DNA of 64,000 bases. Source: Kiritimatiellia bacterium (lineage in GTDB: Bacteria > Verrucomicrobiota > Kiritimatiellia > RFP12 > JBMNHG01). The position numbers and the translations under genes are program-made. Below, piece by piece: positions 1 through 12,055 of this stretch. The notes below the pieces were generated by a model. That model saw only the letters and a list, made by a program, of their open reading frames with translations, did not search any database and had not been told where the DNA came from. The stretch spans positions 1 to 64,000 of the forward strand of contig JBMNHG010000002.1 of the NCBI GenBank assembly GCA_050950285.1, written 5' to 3'. Position 1 is the stretch's first letter. The number at the start of each line of letters is the position of its first letter.

Positions 1-1279
1 CGGCGAGGAATCCGGCATCGCGCCGACCACGGGCAACGGCTACTCCGTGATCCGCGTGAACCAGTACTTCATCGAGCAATGGAAGAACGACGGCGTGCCG
101 CCCCCGATCGGGAAAGACGAAGTGCACCTCGTCTACCGTCGCACGGCGGGCAATCCCGCGCCTTGGCCGCTGTACTCGCGCCGCCTCGACTGCGGCTCCG
201 TCCTGCAGGTCATCACCTTTCTCAAGGAACCGGCCACCGTCGAGGTCGAAGGCTATGGCGCCTACGAAGCCCCCGCCGGCTTCGGCTTCCATTACTTCGA
301 CCTCAAGCCGGGCGAACTCGCGGCCACGGTGAAGCGAGGCGAAGAGACGGTCTGCTCCGTGAAGGCCCCCGAACCCGTCTCCGACCGCCGCTGGCGCGAA
401 GACAACACGCTCGTCGCCTTCGGCACGGGCTACGACGAAGAGTGGCGCAAGGACTTCCCCGCCGAGGAACCCGAATACTACTCGGAGAACGGGGACCTCG
501 ACGGCGACGGCATGCCGAACTGGTTCGAAATGTTCTTCTTCGGCAAATTCCCGGACCACGCGACGGCCACGGCGGGCGACCCCGACGACGATCCCGACAT
601 GGACTTCATGACCAATCTCGAGGAATACCGGAATTCCACCGACCCCACGAAGGCCGACGAACCCTACCGCCCGGGCTACACCTGGGATTCGGGCGCGCTG
701 AACCAGCAGCCCTTCGCGTGGAATCCGATGCGCGACGACCGCCGCCGGAACGTCTGGCATTCGCTCGTCGAGCGCGCCCGGGAGAATCAACCCATCGCCT
801 TCGCCGGCGACTGGGCCCCGGCCCCGCTGATGCTCGCGAACGCGAAGACCCGCTCCATCAACGACTGGAACTGGGCGACCACCATCAAGTTCTCCGCCAG
901 CGGCGCCGTAGAGCTCAACAACCGCACGGACTCCGCGATGCTTCTCGCCTGGGAGGCCCCGATCGCGGGCGAGTTCGAGGTGTCGGCCGATTTCCACGCC
1001 GGCTACGGCGCAGGCGCCCTGAAGGCCATCCTGCTCTCCAAGACGGCAGAAGGAGTGCGGCGCCTCGACGAATACCGCCTCGGCGGGGAGGAGAAGGGCT
1101 TTTTCGCCACGCGCAAGGTCGCCCTGGAAAAAGGGGACCTGCTGGCCATCACCTCCGATGCCTCCGAATCGCAGGGGCTCAACCCGCTTGTCGTCGACAG
1201 CTTCGCCGTGAAGCTCCCGGGCGGGGGCGGCGCGGGGGATCCGCTCGCTTCCGGCCTGGATCTCCCCGATCTTTTCTGA
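1..1279 (+). CDS. Partial (5' truncated) GH71-like glycoside hydrolase with DxDxDG Ca-binding repeat and C-terminal beta-sandwich
   Basis: Frame is open from the window edge: GEESGIAP...YFIEQWKN..PPPI.KDEVHLVYRR...VITFLKEPATVEV resembles the GH71 C-terminal half; DLDGDGMPNWFE and DPDMDFMTNLEEY...TDP are TSP3-like motifs. Confidence 0.55.
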   Translation, partial: GEESGIAPTTGNGYSVIRVNQYFIEQWKNDGVPPPIGKDEVHLVYRRTAGNPAPWPLYSRRLDCGSVLQVITFLKEPATVEVEGYGAYEAPAGFGFHYFDLKPGELAATVKRGEETVCSVKAPEPVSDRRWREDNTLVAFGTGYDEEWRKDFPAEEPEYYSENGDLDGDGMPNWFEMFFFGKFPDHATATAGDPDDDPDMDFMTNLEEYRNSTDPTKADEPYRPGYTWDSGALNQQPFAWNPMRDDRRRNVWHSLVERARENQPIAFAGDWAPAPLMLANAKTRSINDWNWATTIKFSASGAVELNNRTDSAMLLAWEAPIAGEFEVSADFHAGYGAGALKAILLSKTAEGVRRLDEYRLGGEEKGFFATRKVALEKGDLLAITSDASESQGLNPLVVDSFAVKLPGGGGAGDPLASGLDLPDLF

Positions 1280-1316
1280 CGCCCCGCCGGGGCGGGAACC
1301 GGGCGTCCGGGAGGGC

Positions 1317-4300
1317 TTACGGCCCTTCCTGCGGCGCGGGCTCCGGGACGGGTTCCCACAGCTGCACGCTGCCGTAGTGCGTGGCGAAGTGGGTGTGGCC
1401 GACGTAGGGCTTGCTCACGCCCGCCGCGAGGAGCACCCACAGGCGCTCCCCCTGCGGCACGACGGAGATGATGCGGTCGCGGATGCCCTCGAGGCCGGCC
1501 ACCGTGGCGTCGTCCCCCGCCGTCGGCCAGCCGCAGCACCGCCACGCCGTCGCCCGTGGGGACGACAAGTTGCGTCTCGGTCGCGAAGGGCTGTCCGCTG
1601 ATTTCGAGCCCAAGGTCGCGCTGCCAAAGCGGCGCGCCGTTTTCGAGCGAGCGGGCGGCGATGCGACCGCGATCGGAGGGGAGGAGGACGAGGTTTCCGG
1701 CGACGACGGGCGACAGGAGCGAGCGGGCGCCGAGGCCGGCCTCCCAGCGGAGTTCCCCGGTGGCGGCGTGATGGCTTCGGGCCACGCCGGCTTCGTCGAG
1801 GGTGAGGACGGACGCGCCGCCCGCGGCCGATTCGCCGGCGACCACGGGCGAGGTGCGCGTATGGGGCGAGAGGGGGGCGGTCCAGAGCGCCTTGCCGCGC
1901 TCCTTGTCGATGGCATGGAGCCGTCCGTCGCCGGAGATGGCGTACACGGTCCCGTCCGCCACGGCGGTGGCGCCGCGCACCTGCCCGCCGGCCTCGTACT
2001 CCCAGAGCAGCACGCCCGAATCGAGGTCCACGCGGTAGACGCGGCCGTCGTCGGAGCCGAAATAGACTTCGTCGCCGTCTGGCGTGGGGCTGGAGTAGAT
2101 GCGCCCTTCGGCCTTGAAGTTCCACAGCGGCGCGCCGCTGGCGGCGACGGCGTAGAGGCGGTTGTCGAAGCACCCCACGAGCAGGCGGTCCGCATACCAC
2201 GCGGGCGTGGCGAGGGGCGTCATCGAGCCGAGGCTCCAGCGCCGGCCGAACTGCACGCCGCGCTTCGGGTCGGAATACGCCGAGCGCAGCGAACCGGAGG
2301 GATCGCCGAAGACGACGGCGTCGGCGAGGGTGATGCCGCCCACGAGATAGGCGGGCGAGCCGGTGTCGCGCTCGCCGGCGAGGCGGTAGGCGCCCCGCAG
2401 CGCGGGGACGGGGGCCGCCGGGACATGGGCGGGGCCGCCCATCGCCATCGGCCAGATGTTGGTGCCGGCGGGGAATCCGCGCACCGCGTTGGTGGAGGGC
2501 TCGGAGAGCGAGCCGTACACCTCGATCTCCGTCATCGTCTCGCGCTGCGTCTTCGGGTGGATGCCGGGAAGGATGCGGAGGGTGTCGGTGTGGACGGGGG
2601 GATCGAAGTGCACCACCACGAAGCGCCGCGTGTTGCCGCGCACGAGCGACCGGGTCACGGGCACTTTGAGTTCCATGTCGTTCGCGAGGACGGCGATGAC
2701 GGAGTAGGCGTCTTCCGGCGCGGCGTTGTTCAAGTAGAGGACCACGTGCGAAATCCACGCGGGCTGGACGAGCGCCACGCTGAATCCCACGGCGTCGGGC
2801 TGGTAGAACCAGATGGGGCCGCAGTCGTCGATTCGGCCGTTGTGGAGGAAGGCCTCTTCGTCGGTGGGGATCGCGCCGGTGTCGGTGGGGCCTTGGCGGT
2901 AGGCCGTCACGCGGCTCTTCTGGAGGATGGACTGCTTGAGGGCGGGCGGAACGCGGTTGTAGCGCACGCGGATGTCGCGGACGAAGGTCGGCTCGACGTT
3001 GTGGAGCGGTTCGTTGGCGAGGAGGTTTCCGGAGGGGAAGCGCACGGGGCGCAGCGAAACCGCGTCCACGCGCACGGGGCCGCCGTCCGCCTCGAAGCCG
3101 ATTTGCATCGTCGCCGCGCGGGCGGTGGTCTTGATGGCCACGCGGCCGAAGGTCCATTCGCCGGGGATGCCCGAGAACGAACTGATGGCGTAGCGCTCCG
3201 CGCCGTCGGCGTCGCCGAGGATGGCCCCGGCGGCGAGGCGGGTGCGGGTGTCGTCGAAGCGCGCGCGGAATTCGAGCAGGTAGGTGCCGACGGGGATGAG
3301 CCGGCGATCGATGTCCTGGGTGACGAGCCGGCCGTCGGACAGGAAGAGCGAGCGGGCGCCGTCGCAGCGGCGGGGGCGGAGAGGACGGGCGCGTCCCCTC
3401 CCCCGTCCGGCTCGACGCCGTCGGCGGGGGCGGGCTCCCATGCGCCGTCCTCTTCGAACGATCCGTTCGTTGCGTGTTCCACGCCGAAACGCAGGATGCC
3501 GTCGAGGTCGCCCGGACGTTCGGGCCGGGAAGGGAACGGGACATGGTGCTTGAGGGCGTCGCGCACGACGGCGTCGCGCACCACGTCGGGGTAGTCGCGG
3601 CCGGGGAGCTCCTGCAAGCGGCGGAGGTCGAGCGTCCAAGCCGTCGCGCCGTCGCCGCCGAGACGAACCACCCGGCCCTGGAGGGTGCCGGCGAGGACGC
3701 CGCCGTCCGCAAGGGGAACGAGGCGCGCGCTGGCGCCGACGGGCGTGGACCAGGGGATGGCTCCGTTCGCGAGGTCGATGCACTGCACGAACCCATCGCG
3801 GCCGGAGCGATAGAGGCGCGAGCCGTCGGCCGAAAGCGCGTCGAGGCGGGGAATGGCGTAGCGGGTGGCGGTGCGCCAGGCGGTTCCTCCGTCCGCGCCG
3901 GTACGGGCGACCTCGCGGGGCAGGCGGTCGAGCGCGGCCTCGACGGTCTGGTTGTGCGAGGCGCGCGGAAGCCAGTCGCCCAGCTGTCCGTCCGGCAGCA
4001 ATTCGGCGGCGATGGGCTGCCCCTGGCGGGCGAAGCCATGGTACCAGACGAGCGGATTCCCGGATCCCTCCGGCCAGGTGATCGTCCAGCCGGAGGGCGA
4101 CATCTCCATGCCCGGATCGTTGGTGGAGATGCAAAGACGCTGGCCCGTGGCGGCGTCGAGCACGCAGGGGCGGAAGCCCCAGAGGTCGACCTGCTTCGTC
4201 TGGTCCATCGTCGTGCCGATGTTCCTGTAATACGAGAGGGCGATGCGCGTTCCGTCGGGGCTGGCCACGGCGCTTCCGACACGGGCGTTCCGCGGGAAGA

Positions 4301-7300
4301 TGGCGGCGGCGCCGCTTTTCTCGGCCTCTTCGGGGTACGTGGCGATTTCCCCGGCGAGGTCATGGAACCAGAGCGGTCGGCCGTCGTAGTCCATGGCGAG
4401 AAGGCCGGTGCGGCCGCACACGAGCAGCTGGCGGGCGGGGCGGTTGTCGGCGAGCGCGACGTGGGTATCGACGCATCCTTCGGTCCAGTGGGTGTCGGGC
4501 CATTCGGTGGCGGACGATCGGGCAAGAATCCCGCCGGTGGCGCCATCGAGGACGAAGACGTACCAGCCGCGGCCGGTGAGGGCGGCCACGCGGCGCCCCC
4601 CGTCGCACCATGAAGCGCGGTAGACGTCGAATTCGGGCAGGAAGGCGCTCCATTCGACGGTGCCGTCGGCGGCGATGCAGAAGAGGTTCGTGCCATAGCC
4701 GTAGGTGCCCACGAGCGCGCGTCCCGTGGCGGGATCGACATCCAGCGCCATCACCATGTCGTCGCCCAGGAAGGCTTCGGTCCGGTTTTCGGGGCGGGGT
4801 TCCGCGGCGGGCGCGGGGGCGATGGCGGAGTCCGCCGGCGCGGCGGGCGGCGACAGATCGATGCGCCCCGCCATGGCCGGAATGTCGATGGGCTCGGGCG
4901 GGCGGACGGTATCCGATCCCACGCCCTTCGCGTAGGCCTCGGCCACGGGGGGCCGCGCGGGAACGTCGGCAGGCTCGAACGCCAGCAGGGCGTCGACGGC
5001 CTGGTCCAGCGCCTCGGGATCGGCGCCCGAAACCACGAGCGTGTCGTAGCCGATGGAGAAGGCGCCGCGCACCCAGGCCAGGAAGCCGCGTCCGGGGCCG
5101 GGGAAGGCCTCGGAGGGGGACTGGTCGAAGACCGCGCGGGCGGCGAGCGTGGCGAGAAGGCGGTTGTCCCTCCGGCCGCCGAAGACGATGCACGGCGCAT
5201 CGAGGAACTGGGCGGGGTTCACGGGCGTCCCGCGCCAGAGGCGGGTTCCGTCGAGCTGCGGGTTGCGCGGATCGAGCGGGACGGGCGGACGGACCACGTC
5301 GGTCACGATCTCCACGCGGGCCCGGCAGCCCTTCGCGGCGAGCCGCCGCGCGAAGGCCGTCGCGGCGGCATGGAGGTCGGGGCGGTCCGGCTCCACCGGA
5401 ATCACGGCTTCGGTCTCGCGGATCTCGCCGAGGAAGGCGCGAATGCGGTCTTCGTCCTCCACCCGGCACCCCTTTTCCGCCGGAGCGTCCGGCGCGGCGC
5501 GAGACGCCGCCTTCACCTCGATGGTCGCGCGAGCCGTTTTCCCGGAGAGCAGCTCCCGGGCTTCGAGAGTCCAGTTTCCGGCGGGCACGTTGGCGGGGAG
5601 CCGCCAGGAGGCGCGAAGTTCCGGTGCGGCGGCGCGGAAGACGTGATACGGACGCTTCCCTTCGGGATCGACAAGGGTGAGTTCCACCGGGAAGCTCGCG
5701 TCGATCGGGGCGCCCGATTCGCCGGCCACCGAGACGGTGCAGGGAAGGTTCCCGCCGACGGAGAGCGTGGCGGGGGCGCGGAGGAGCACGCCGCCCACGG
5801 GCTCCGGCAGGAAGGCGAGGATCTTGCCGGGCGAGCGGCGCATGTCCACGTCCACATGCTGCAGGCCATCGTCGCGCACGGGGGCGTCGATGCGCCGCAT
5901 TTCGAGGAGGTCGTAGCAGACGGGCCCGCGCGGGGGGAAGGCCATCGAAGCGATGCGCGGCGCCTGGTAGAGGGTCATCGAAAGGCCGCGGAAGCCGACG
6001 GGCGAATAGTTCGCCGCGAAGAGGTAATGGCCTTGGCCCCGCGTCTGCCAGTCCGGGCCGAAGGGGAGGTCGTGCATGGCGGCGGGTTCGACGTGGCGGG
6101 GGAGCACCTCTCCGAGAAGCTTCGTGGTTTCGTCGCTGCGCCGGAAGACCACCTCGGTTTCGTAGTCGATGTAGCGCGGGAAGGCCCCGCCGAGGCGGTC
6201 TTCGTATTCGTCGAGATCCGACTGGAGACGCACCGCGCCCTCGAGCGGCAGCTTGCTGGACTTCTCCACCAGCACGACAACGCCGGCCGAGACGAGGCGC
6301 CGGAGTTCCTTCAACAGGGCTTCGGGGCACTCTTCCTCGTAGGTGAAGCCGGGGACGAAGATGGCCTCGTAGCCGTCGGCGCGGCCTTCGAGGAGGTCTT
6401 CGTCGCGGATGTAGTCGGCAGGGAATCCGGCGCGGAGGCAGGCGACCCAAAGCAGCTCGCACTGGTGCCCCAGGCTGTTCGCCTTCCGCGCGCCCATGAA
6501 GGCGGCGGTCCGGGAGTAGTAGACGGCCACCTTGCGGTAGCCTTTGTCGAGCGAGAGGAAGAAGTCGCCGTAGGGCAGGCAGAGCTCGCGGGCGATGTTG
6601 GCGACGTTCCACTGATGGTCGTGCTGGGCGGGGTCGTCGGTGGGGAAGCTGGTGCAGAAGAAGGTGAAGCCGTCCACCTTCTGGCCGAGGGCGAGGAAGG
6701 CCTGGCGGAGCAAATGGCGTCCATTGACGCCGGGGCCGTTGAAGTCGTGGATTTGCGTCCACACCGGCATTCCGGGACGCACGCGCAACACGTCGGCCTG
6801 CATCGGGGCGAAGACGGGGCGGTCGCCGTAGCCGCCGTCCTTGTACATCACGCAGGCGGCGATGTCGAGTTCGTCGAAGATGCCCTTCTCGTAGCCGTTG
6901 GCGGCGATGTTCCCGCCGTTCCCGCCCCAATAGCGGTTGAGGACGAAATTGCGGGAGAAGGGCGCGACCTCGCGCACGGGGCGGACGATGGCGTGGCACC
7001 AGCGTGTCCACATCTCGTCCTCCCACGCCACCCAGCTGCGGGCGTAGTCGAGATCGTCCGCGGAACGCTGGGCCGCCGGGCGGGAGGCGAACCGCTCGAG
7101 GGCCTTGGCGGCCTGCGCACCGGTGCGGCCGGGGTAGGCTTCGCGGTATTCCATCTCGGTGGAGGTGTCGAAGTCGTTGCCCACGTGCAAGCCGTCATCG
7201 CCGGAGCGCGAGTAGATCTCGTCGTAGAGGCAGACGCCCTGGAAGGCGGGACTGTAGCGGAGCGAATGGGTCTCCAGGCCGGCGAAACGCGCGCTGCCGG

Positions 7301-9362
7301 CACGGATGCGGGCGCCGCGCGGCAGCGAGGTGTCGTTGTAGGTGAAGAGGTTTTCCCAGAAGCGGAGGTTGTGGCGCACGCAGGCATCGAGGAAGCGGTC
7401 GCGTCCGCTGGGCTGGAACCAGCACTCCCAGGGGCCGAGTTCGGGGCGTTCGCGCACCAGCTGCTCCACGTCGGCATCGGGGAAGACCACGCGGTCGAAG
7501 TCGTAGGTCATGCCCATGAAGGCGTTGACGCCGGCCTCGCGCATCTCCCTCACGACATCCTCGGCAAAGGCGCGGTCGCCACTGCGGAGGAGGTTGGCGT
7601 ATTCGGTCCCCTGCGAGTTGTACTTGCCGGTCTGGAGCGTGGTGAAATGGCTTTCCGGTTCGGGGTCCACGATGTCGATGGTCCTTTCGCGGCCTGCCGC
7701 GGGACCGAGCGCCGGGCGCAGCACATAGCGGCCCGCCGCGAAATCGAAGGAGCGTTGCGCATCCACCCGGACAATGCGCGTGGCCCGGGCGCCGACGTCC
7801 GCGGGGAGCGGCTCGGAGAAGAGCGGATGGACGTTCCCGCGCGGATCCACGAGTTCGAGCGCCAGCGGCTGGCCGGCGGGGAGCGGACGGTCCGGATCGG
7901 TGGAGAGCGCGCCCAGGCCAAGCCAGAAGTCCTCGCCCCGGTAGAAGGCGGTGCGACCGCGCGGGGTAAAGACGCCCGCCGCGAAATCGGCGGGGCGCGC
8001 AACGGTCGCCCGCGTGGCGACCTCCGCCTGCGGCGCGCCGCCTTCGGACGGAAGCGCGCGGAAGAGGAATTCGTAGACGCCGTCGGGAAGGGAATCCGGA
8101 ATCGCCACCTCCAGCCCGACGCCCGCGCCGTCCCCAGGCGACGCGGCAGCCGGCAGGTCCGTTTCGACGGAGCTTCCGAACTCCCGGCAGGCCACGCGCC
8201 AGACAGCGTCCGAGAGGGTGTTGGTCCCGCCTCCGGAGGCCGCCTGGACACGGAAGCGGGCGGTGGAGCCGGGCCGGAAGTGGCGCCCGGCATGTTCGAC
8301 CATCGCGACGCACTGGCTGCCGTCCGCGGTCGTGGTGTTGTACACGGCAAGGGCTTTGAAGGGTGCCGCGAGCAGATCGCCGTCGATGCGAATCGGCTGG
8401 GCCTCCTGCCCGGCGAGCACTTCGTACGGGCGGCGGCGCGGGTACCAGCGGGTGCCGCTGTCGGGCCGGCGATCGGTGAAGTCGTAGGCCTCCACGCCGG
8501 AAACAACCAGGCGCGTGCCGGGATCCCCATGCACCGGGAAGCGATACAGCGGGATCGACACGGTGAATCCCGCGATGTCGAGACCGGGCACGGGAGGCTC
8601 GTCCCCGACGAAAGAGGCGTGCACGCCGTCGGCATCCAGCGTGAAACTCTGACCGATGGGATGGAGGCGATAGCCGTTGCCCTCCGTGTTCGCAGGGAGC
8701 CAGATGACGAGCGGGGCGAAATCGCCGAAGGCCGGAAGCAGTTCGCTCGCGGAGGAACCGGGGCGAGGCCCCTCCCCGCCCGAAGCCTCCCAGGCGGCCA
8801 AGGCGGCCTCGTCCTTCTCCTGTTCCGAGCTGTCGCGCACGGCGAGGTTGGGAATCGACGCCATGCGCATCGCCTCGGGAAGCGCGGGATCGACCGCATT
8901 CGCGAGAAGCGACTTGATGGCGACGGGCCAGGCGAGAATCGTGACGACCCCCTCCTCGACGCGAAGCGAGGGGTCTTCCGTGGAGAGCGCACCGTCCTCC
9001 GCCACGGAGAAGACGTGGTTGCCGGGCCACAGCACGTGCTCGCCGGGAGCGACGTCGGCACGGGCGCGCGGTGCGCGATCCACGTAGCGATCGCCATGGT
9101 AGCGTTCGAAAACCGGACGCCCGTCGAGCTTCACGTTGCGGGCCCAGCACGCGTAATCGCGGCCCACCACCTGCAATTCCACGCCGTGCGCGGTGTTCAC
9201 CGGAGCGTACTTCGGACGATCCCACGAACGTTCCTCCACCGTGACCGCGGGATCGTCGTAGGGAGCCATGCGGAATTCCACCTGCACCGCGCGCAGCGCC
9301 AGCGGCAGAAGCGCGAAAAGCGGAAGGACGGGACAAAAGCGAAGAATGGGATTCGTCGTCAT
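1317..9362 (-). pseudogene. Giant (~2,680 codon) secreted multidomain protein: GH42/beta-galactosidase-like core, PQQ-type beta-propellers, CBM-like domain; two frameshifts (~3370 and ~1515), possibly sequencing errors
   Basis: Signal peptide MTTNPILRFCPVLPLFALLPLALRA at 9362. Sensible sequence runs in ORF 2907..11030 to ~3370, then ORF 1003..4134 to ~1515, then ORF 1317..2195. W-terminated PQQ repeats (GSDDGRVYRVDLDSGVLLWEY). Confidence 0.7.
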
Positions 9363-9581
9363 GATGGATGGACGCAACTCCGCAAGTTTCACGCCAACGA
9401 AAGGCCCTGCGTGTGCCGGGCCGGACAAATGCATGATCCGTCCGCAGATTGCCGGATTCGGATTCCATGGGCGTTCCGGAGGCATGTCCCCGCGGGAAAC
9501 TTCGACACCCGGTCTTCGAAGGACGGAGCCTACCGGACGATGCAAACGGGGAAACGAGCGCGGGAAAGCGAGTCGAATCGT

Positions 9582-9611
9582 TTGACTTCCCATGCCTCCT
9601 TCTCGTATTGT
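9582..9611 (+). promoter_or_regulatory. sigma70-like promoter (TTGACT-18 bp-TATTGT)
   Basis: Near-consensus hexamers; the -10 ends 6 nt before the ATG at 9618. Confidence 0.5.
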
Positions 9612-9617
9612 ACGAAC

Positions 9618-10013
9618 ATGAAAATCTTGCCTGTTCTTGCGCTCGTGTTTGCGCTCCTTGCCGGGGCGGGCCTGTTCGTTGTCGGATGTGAATCCACATC
9701 GGCCGATGAGGTCACGGTGGAGATCTCCCCGGGCTATGTGGTTCTTCGCGTGGGGGAATCCGTGGTACTCACCGCGAGCGGGTGGGACAATTTCACCTGG
9801 TCGTGTACCGCCGCCTTGGGGCATCTTTCGGCGAACAAAGGCAAAAGCGTCGTCTATACCGCTGCCGCCCAGGGAACCCAGACCATCGTGGCGAAGCCGA
9901 TTACGGGTGGTGCGCCCGCGCCCGCGCCCGCAGCGGCGGGCGGCGGAGCAAACACCAACAAAGTCGTGGCAACCGACCTCGGAAGCGGCTCGGCCACGAT
10001 CGTCCAGAAATAG
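9618..10013 (+). CDS. Small lipoprotein with Ig-like domain
   Basis: MKILPVLALVFALLAGAGLFVVGC lipobox; VEISPGYVVLRVGESVVLTASG...FTWS is Big_2-like. Confidence 0.75.
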   Translation: MKILPVLALVFALLAGAGLFVVGCESTSADEVTVEISPGYVVLRVGESVVLTASGWDNFTWSCTAALGHLSANKGKSVVYTAAAQGTQTIVAKPITGGAPAPAPAAAGGGANTNKVVATDLGSGSATIVQK

Positions 10014-10037
10014 TGGCGGGGATTCGACGTTGATCCG

Positions 10038-10985
10038 ATGACAAGCCCTGTCCCGCATTCTCGGGGCGCCCGCGACGGTACCCCAGGCGCACCCCCGGAC
10101 ATCACCAGCCTGGCGAATCCGAGGGTGAAGGAGGTCGTGCGCCTCCGCCAGCGTTCGCATCGCGACGAGGCGGGGTTGATGCTGATCGAGGGATACCGGG
10201 AACTCAAGCGGGCGCTGGACAACGGCTACCGCCCCACCACGGTCTTCACCTGCCGCGAACTGTTCATGGGAATCCACGAAGACACCTTGCTCGACCGGGC
10301 CCGCGAGGCGGGCGCGACCGTCCTGGAATGCAGCCGGAACGTCTTTGGGAAGATGTCGGCCCGCGACCGTCCCGACGGCCTTCTCGCGACGGGGCCGCAG
10401 CTGCGCATGTCGCTTTCGGACCTTTCGCTGCCGGACGACGCGCTGGTCGTGGTGGCCGAAGGCATCGAGAAGCCGGGGAACCTGGGCACCATCCTGCGGT
10501 CGGCCGATGCCGCCGGCGCTTCCGCCGTGATCGTGTGCGACCGCCGCACCGACGTGAACAACCCGAACGTCGTGCGGGCGAGCATCGGCACCCTTTTCGC
10601 GCTTCCCGTGGTGGAAGCCTCCACCGCCGAAACGCTCGACTGGCTTGCGGCGCGCCGCTTCACCATCGTCGCGACCACCCCCCACGCGCGCGAGTTCCAC
10701 ACCGGACCGGACATGACCGGACCCACGGCGATTGTCGTGGGGGCCGAGCAATACGGCCTCACGGACGTCTGGCTCTCGTCGCCCTCCTGCCGTCCCGTGC
10801 GCATCCCGATGCTCGGGCAGGCGGACAGCCTGAACGTCTCCGCCGCCGCGACCATCCTGTTGTTCGAGGCCACGCGCCAGCGCGTCGCGCGCGATCCTTC
10901 CATCGTGCCTCCCCCGAAGCCGGACGAACCGACCGGCCGGGACCTCCCCTTGCACACCCCCCCTTTCCCCGAGGACGAAGCATGA
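10038..10985 (+). CDS. TrmH/SpoU family RNA 2'-O-methyltransferase
   Basis: IEKPGNLGTILRSADAAG, VGAEQYGL, IPMLGQADSLNVSAA SPOUT motifs. Confidence 0.93.
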   Translation: MTSPVPHSRGARDGTPGAPPDITSLANPRVKEVVRLRQRSHRDEAGLMLIEGYRELKRALDNGYRPTTVFTCRELFMGIHEDTLLDRAREAGATVLECSRNVFGKMSARDRPDGLLATGPQLRMSLSDLSLPDDALVVVAEGIEKPGNLGTILRSADAAGASAVIVCDRRTDVNNPNVVRASIGTLFALPVVEASTAETLDWLAARRFTIVATTPHAREFHTGPDMTGPTAIVVGAEQYGLTDVWLSSPSCRPVRIPMLGQADSLNVSAAATILLFEATRQRVARDPSIVPPPKPDEPTGRDLPLHTPPFPEDEA

Positions 10986-12055
10986 TCGTTCACACCCCTC
11001 CCATCCGGAATCTCTTCCGCGGCGTCCCACGACGCCTCTTCTTCGCGCTGGCCGGTCTCCTGGCCGGAATGGCGCCCCTCGCGGCGCAGGCCGAGGACGC
11101 GCCGATGCCTCCCGCGGGGACGGTCTCGCTCGTGGATGGCGTGGCCGCCGAAGTCGATGGCAAAGCCATCACCCTCGCCGAAGCGATGCGCGAGACCCAG
11201 CAGCTCGCCCGGATGCTCAACATTCCCCCAGGGAACGCCGCCGCCCTGCGCGTCCTCTATGAAAAGGCGCTCGCCCATCTCATCGACCGCCAGCTGATCC
11301 TCCAGGCCTACGAAGCGGGTGAAGCGCGCCTGCCGGAATGGCTCGTCGAAAACCGGGCGAGCGAAATCATCGAAGACCGCTTCCAGGGAGACATGTCCCT
11401 TCTCGCCTCCGACCTCGCCAAGGAGCACTTGACCATCGAGCAATGGCGCTCCCGCCTCGAAGAGGAGATCATCCTTGGGGCGATGCGCCAGACACACGTC
11501 GAGCGCCAGGTCGCCATCCGCCCCTCCGACGTACGCGCCGCCTTCGAGACCAACACCGCCATGTCGCTCGAACTCCCCGGCAGCGTGCGAGTCTCGATGA
11601 TCCAGCTTCTTCCGGCGGACGACGAGGACGACGAAGCCTTTGCCAAGCGCGCGGCGGCGCTGCATGCCTCGCTCTCCGAAGGCGGCGACTTCGCGCAGGC
11701 GGCGCGCCTCCACTCCCGCGACTCCCACGCCATGAAAGGGGGCGACTGGGGGTTCGTCGATCCCGAAGAGGAGTTCCGGACCGAAATCGTGCAGGCTCTC
11801 GCCACGCTCCCCGAAGGGGGGCTTTCCGCGCCCGTCGAGACCCCGGCCGGCATCTTCCTCGTGAAAAAGACGGCCGATCGCCCCGATCGGAAGGCGCGAT
11901 TCGAAGACTTCCGCGAAGAGATCGAGGAGTCGCTCCGCGAACAGGAGTCCGATCGCCTCTACGCGGCCTGGATGCAACGCCTTCGCGAAGACGCCCGCAT
12001 CCGCATCTACGAACTCCCCGCCGCACCAGGGGACGAGGGAGGCTCCGAACGGTGA
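10982..12055 (+). CDS. SurA-like parvulin peptidyl-prolyl isomerase
   Basis: VDGVAAEVDGKAIT, DFAQAARLHSRD..KGGDWG, SAPVETPAGIFLV; signal peptide; ATGA overlap with upstream gene. Confidence 0.88.
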   Translation: MIVHTPPIRNLFRGVPRRLFFALAGLLAGMAPLAAQAEDAPMPPAGTVSLVDGVAAEVDGKAITLAEAMRETQQLARMLNIPPGNAAALRVLYEKALAHLIDRQLILQAYEAGEARLPEWLVENRASEIIEDRFQGDMSLLASDLAKEHLTIEQWRSRLEEEIILGAMRQTHVERQVAIRPSDVRAAFETNTAMSLELPGSVRVSMIQLLPADDEDDEAFAKRAAALHASLSEGGDFAQAARLHSRDSHAMKGGDWGFVDPEEEFRTEIVQALATLPEGGLSAPVETPAGIFLVKKTADRPDRKARFEDFREEIEESLREQESDRLYAAWMQRLREDARIRIYELPAAPGDEGGSER

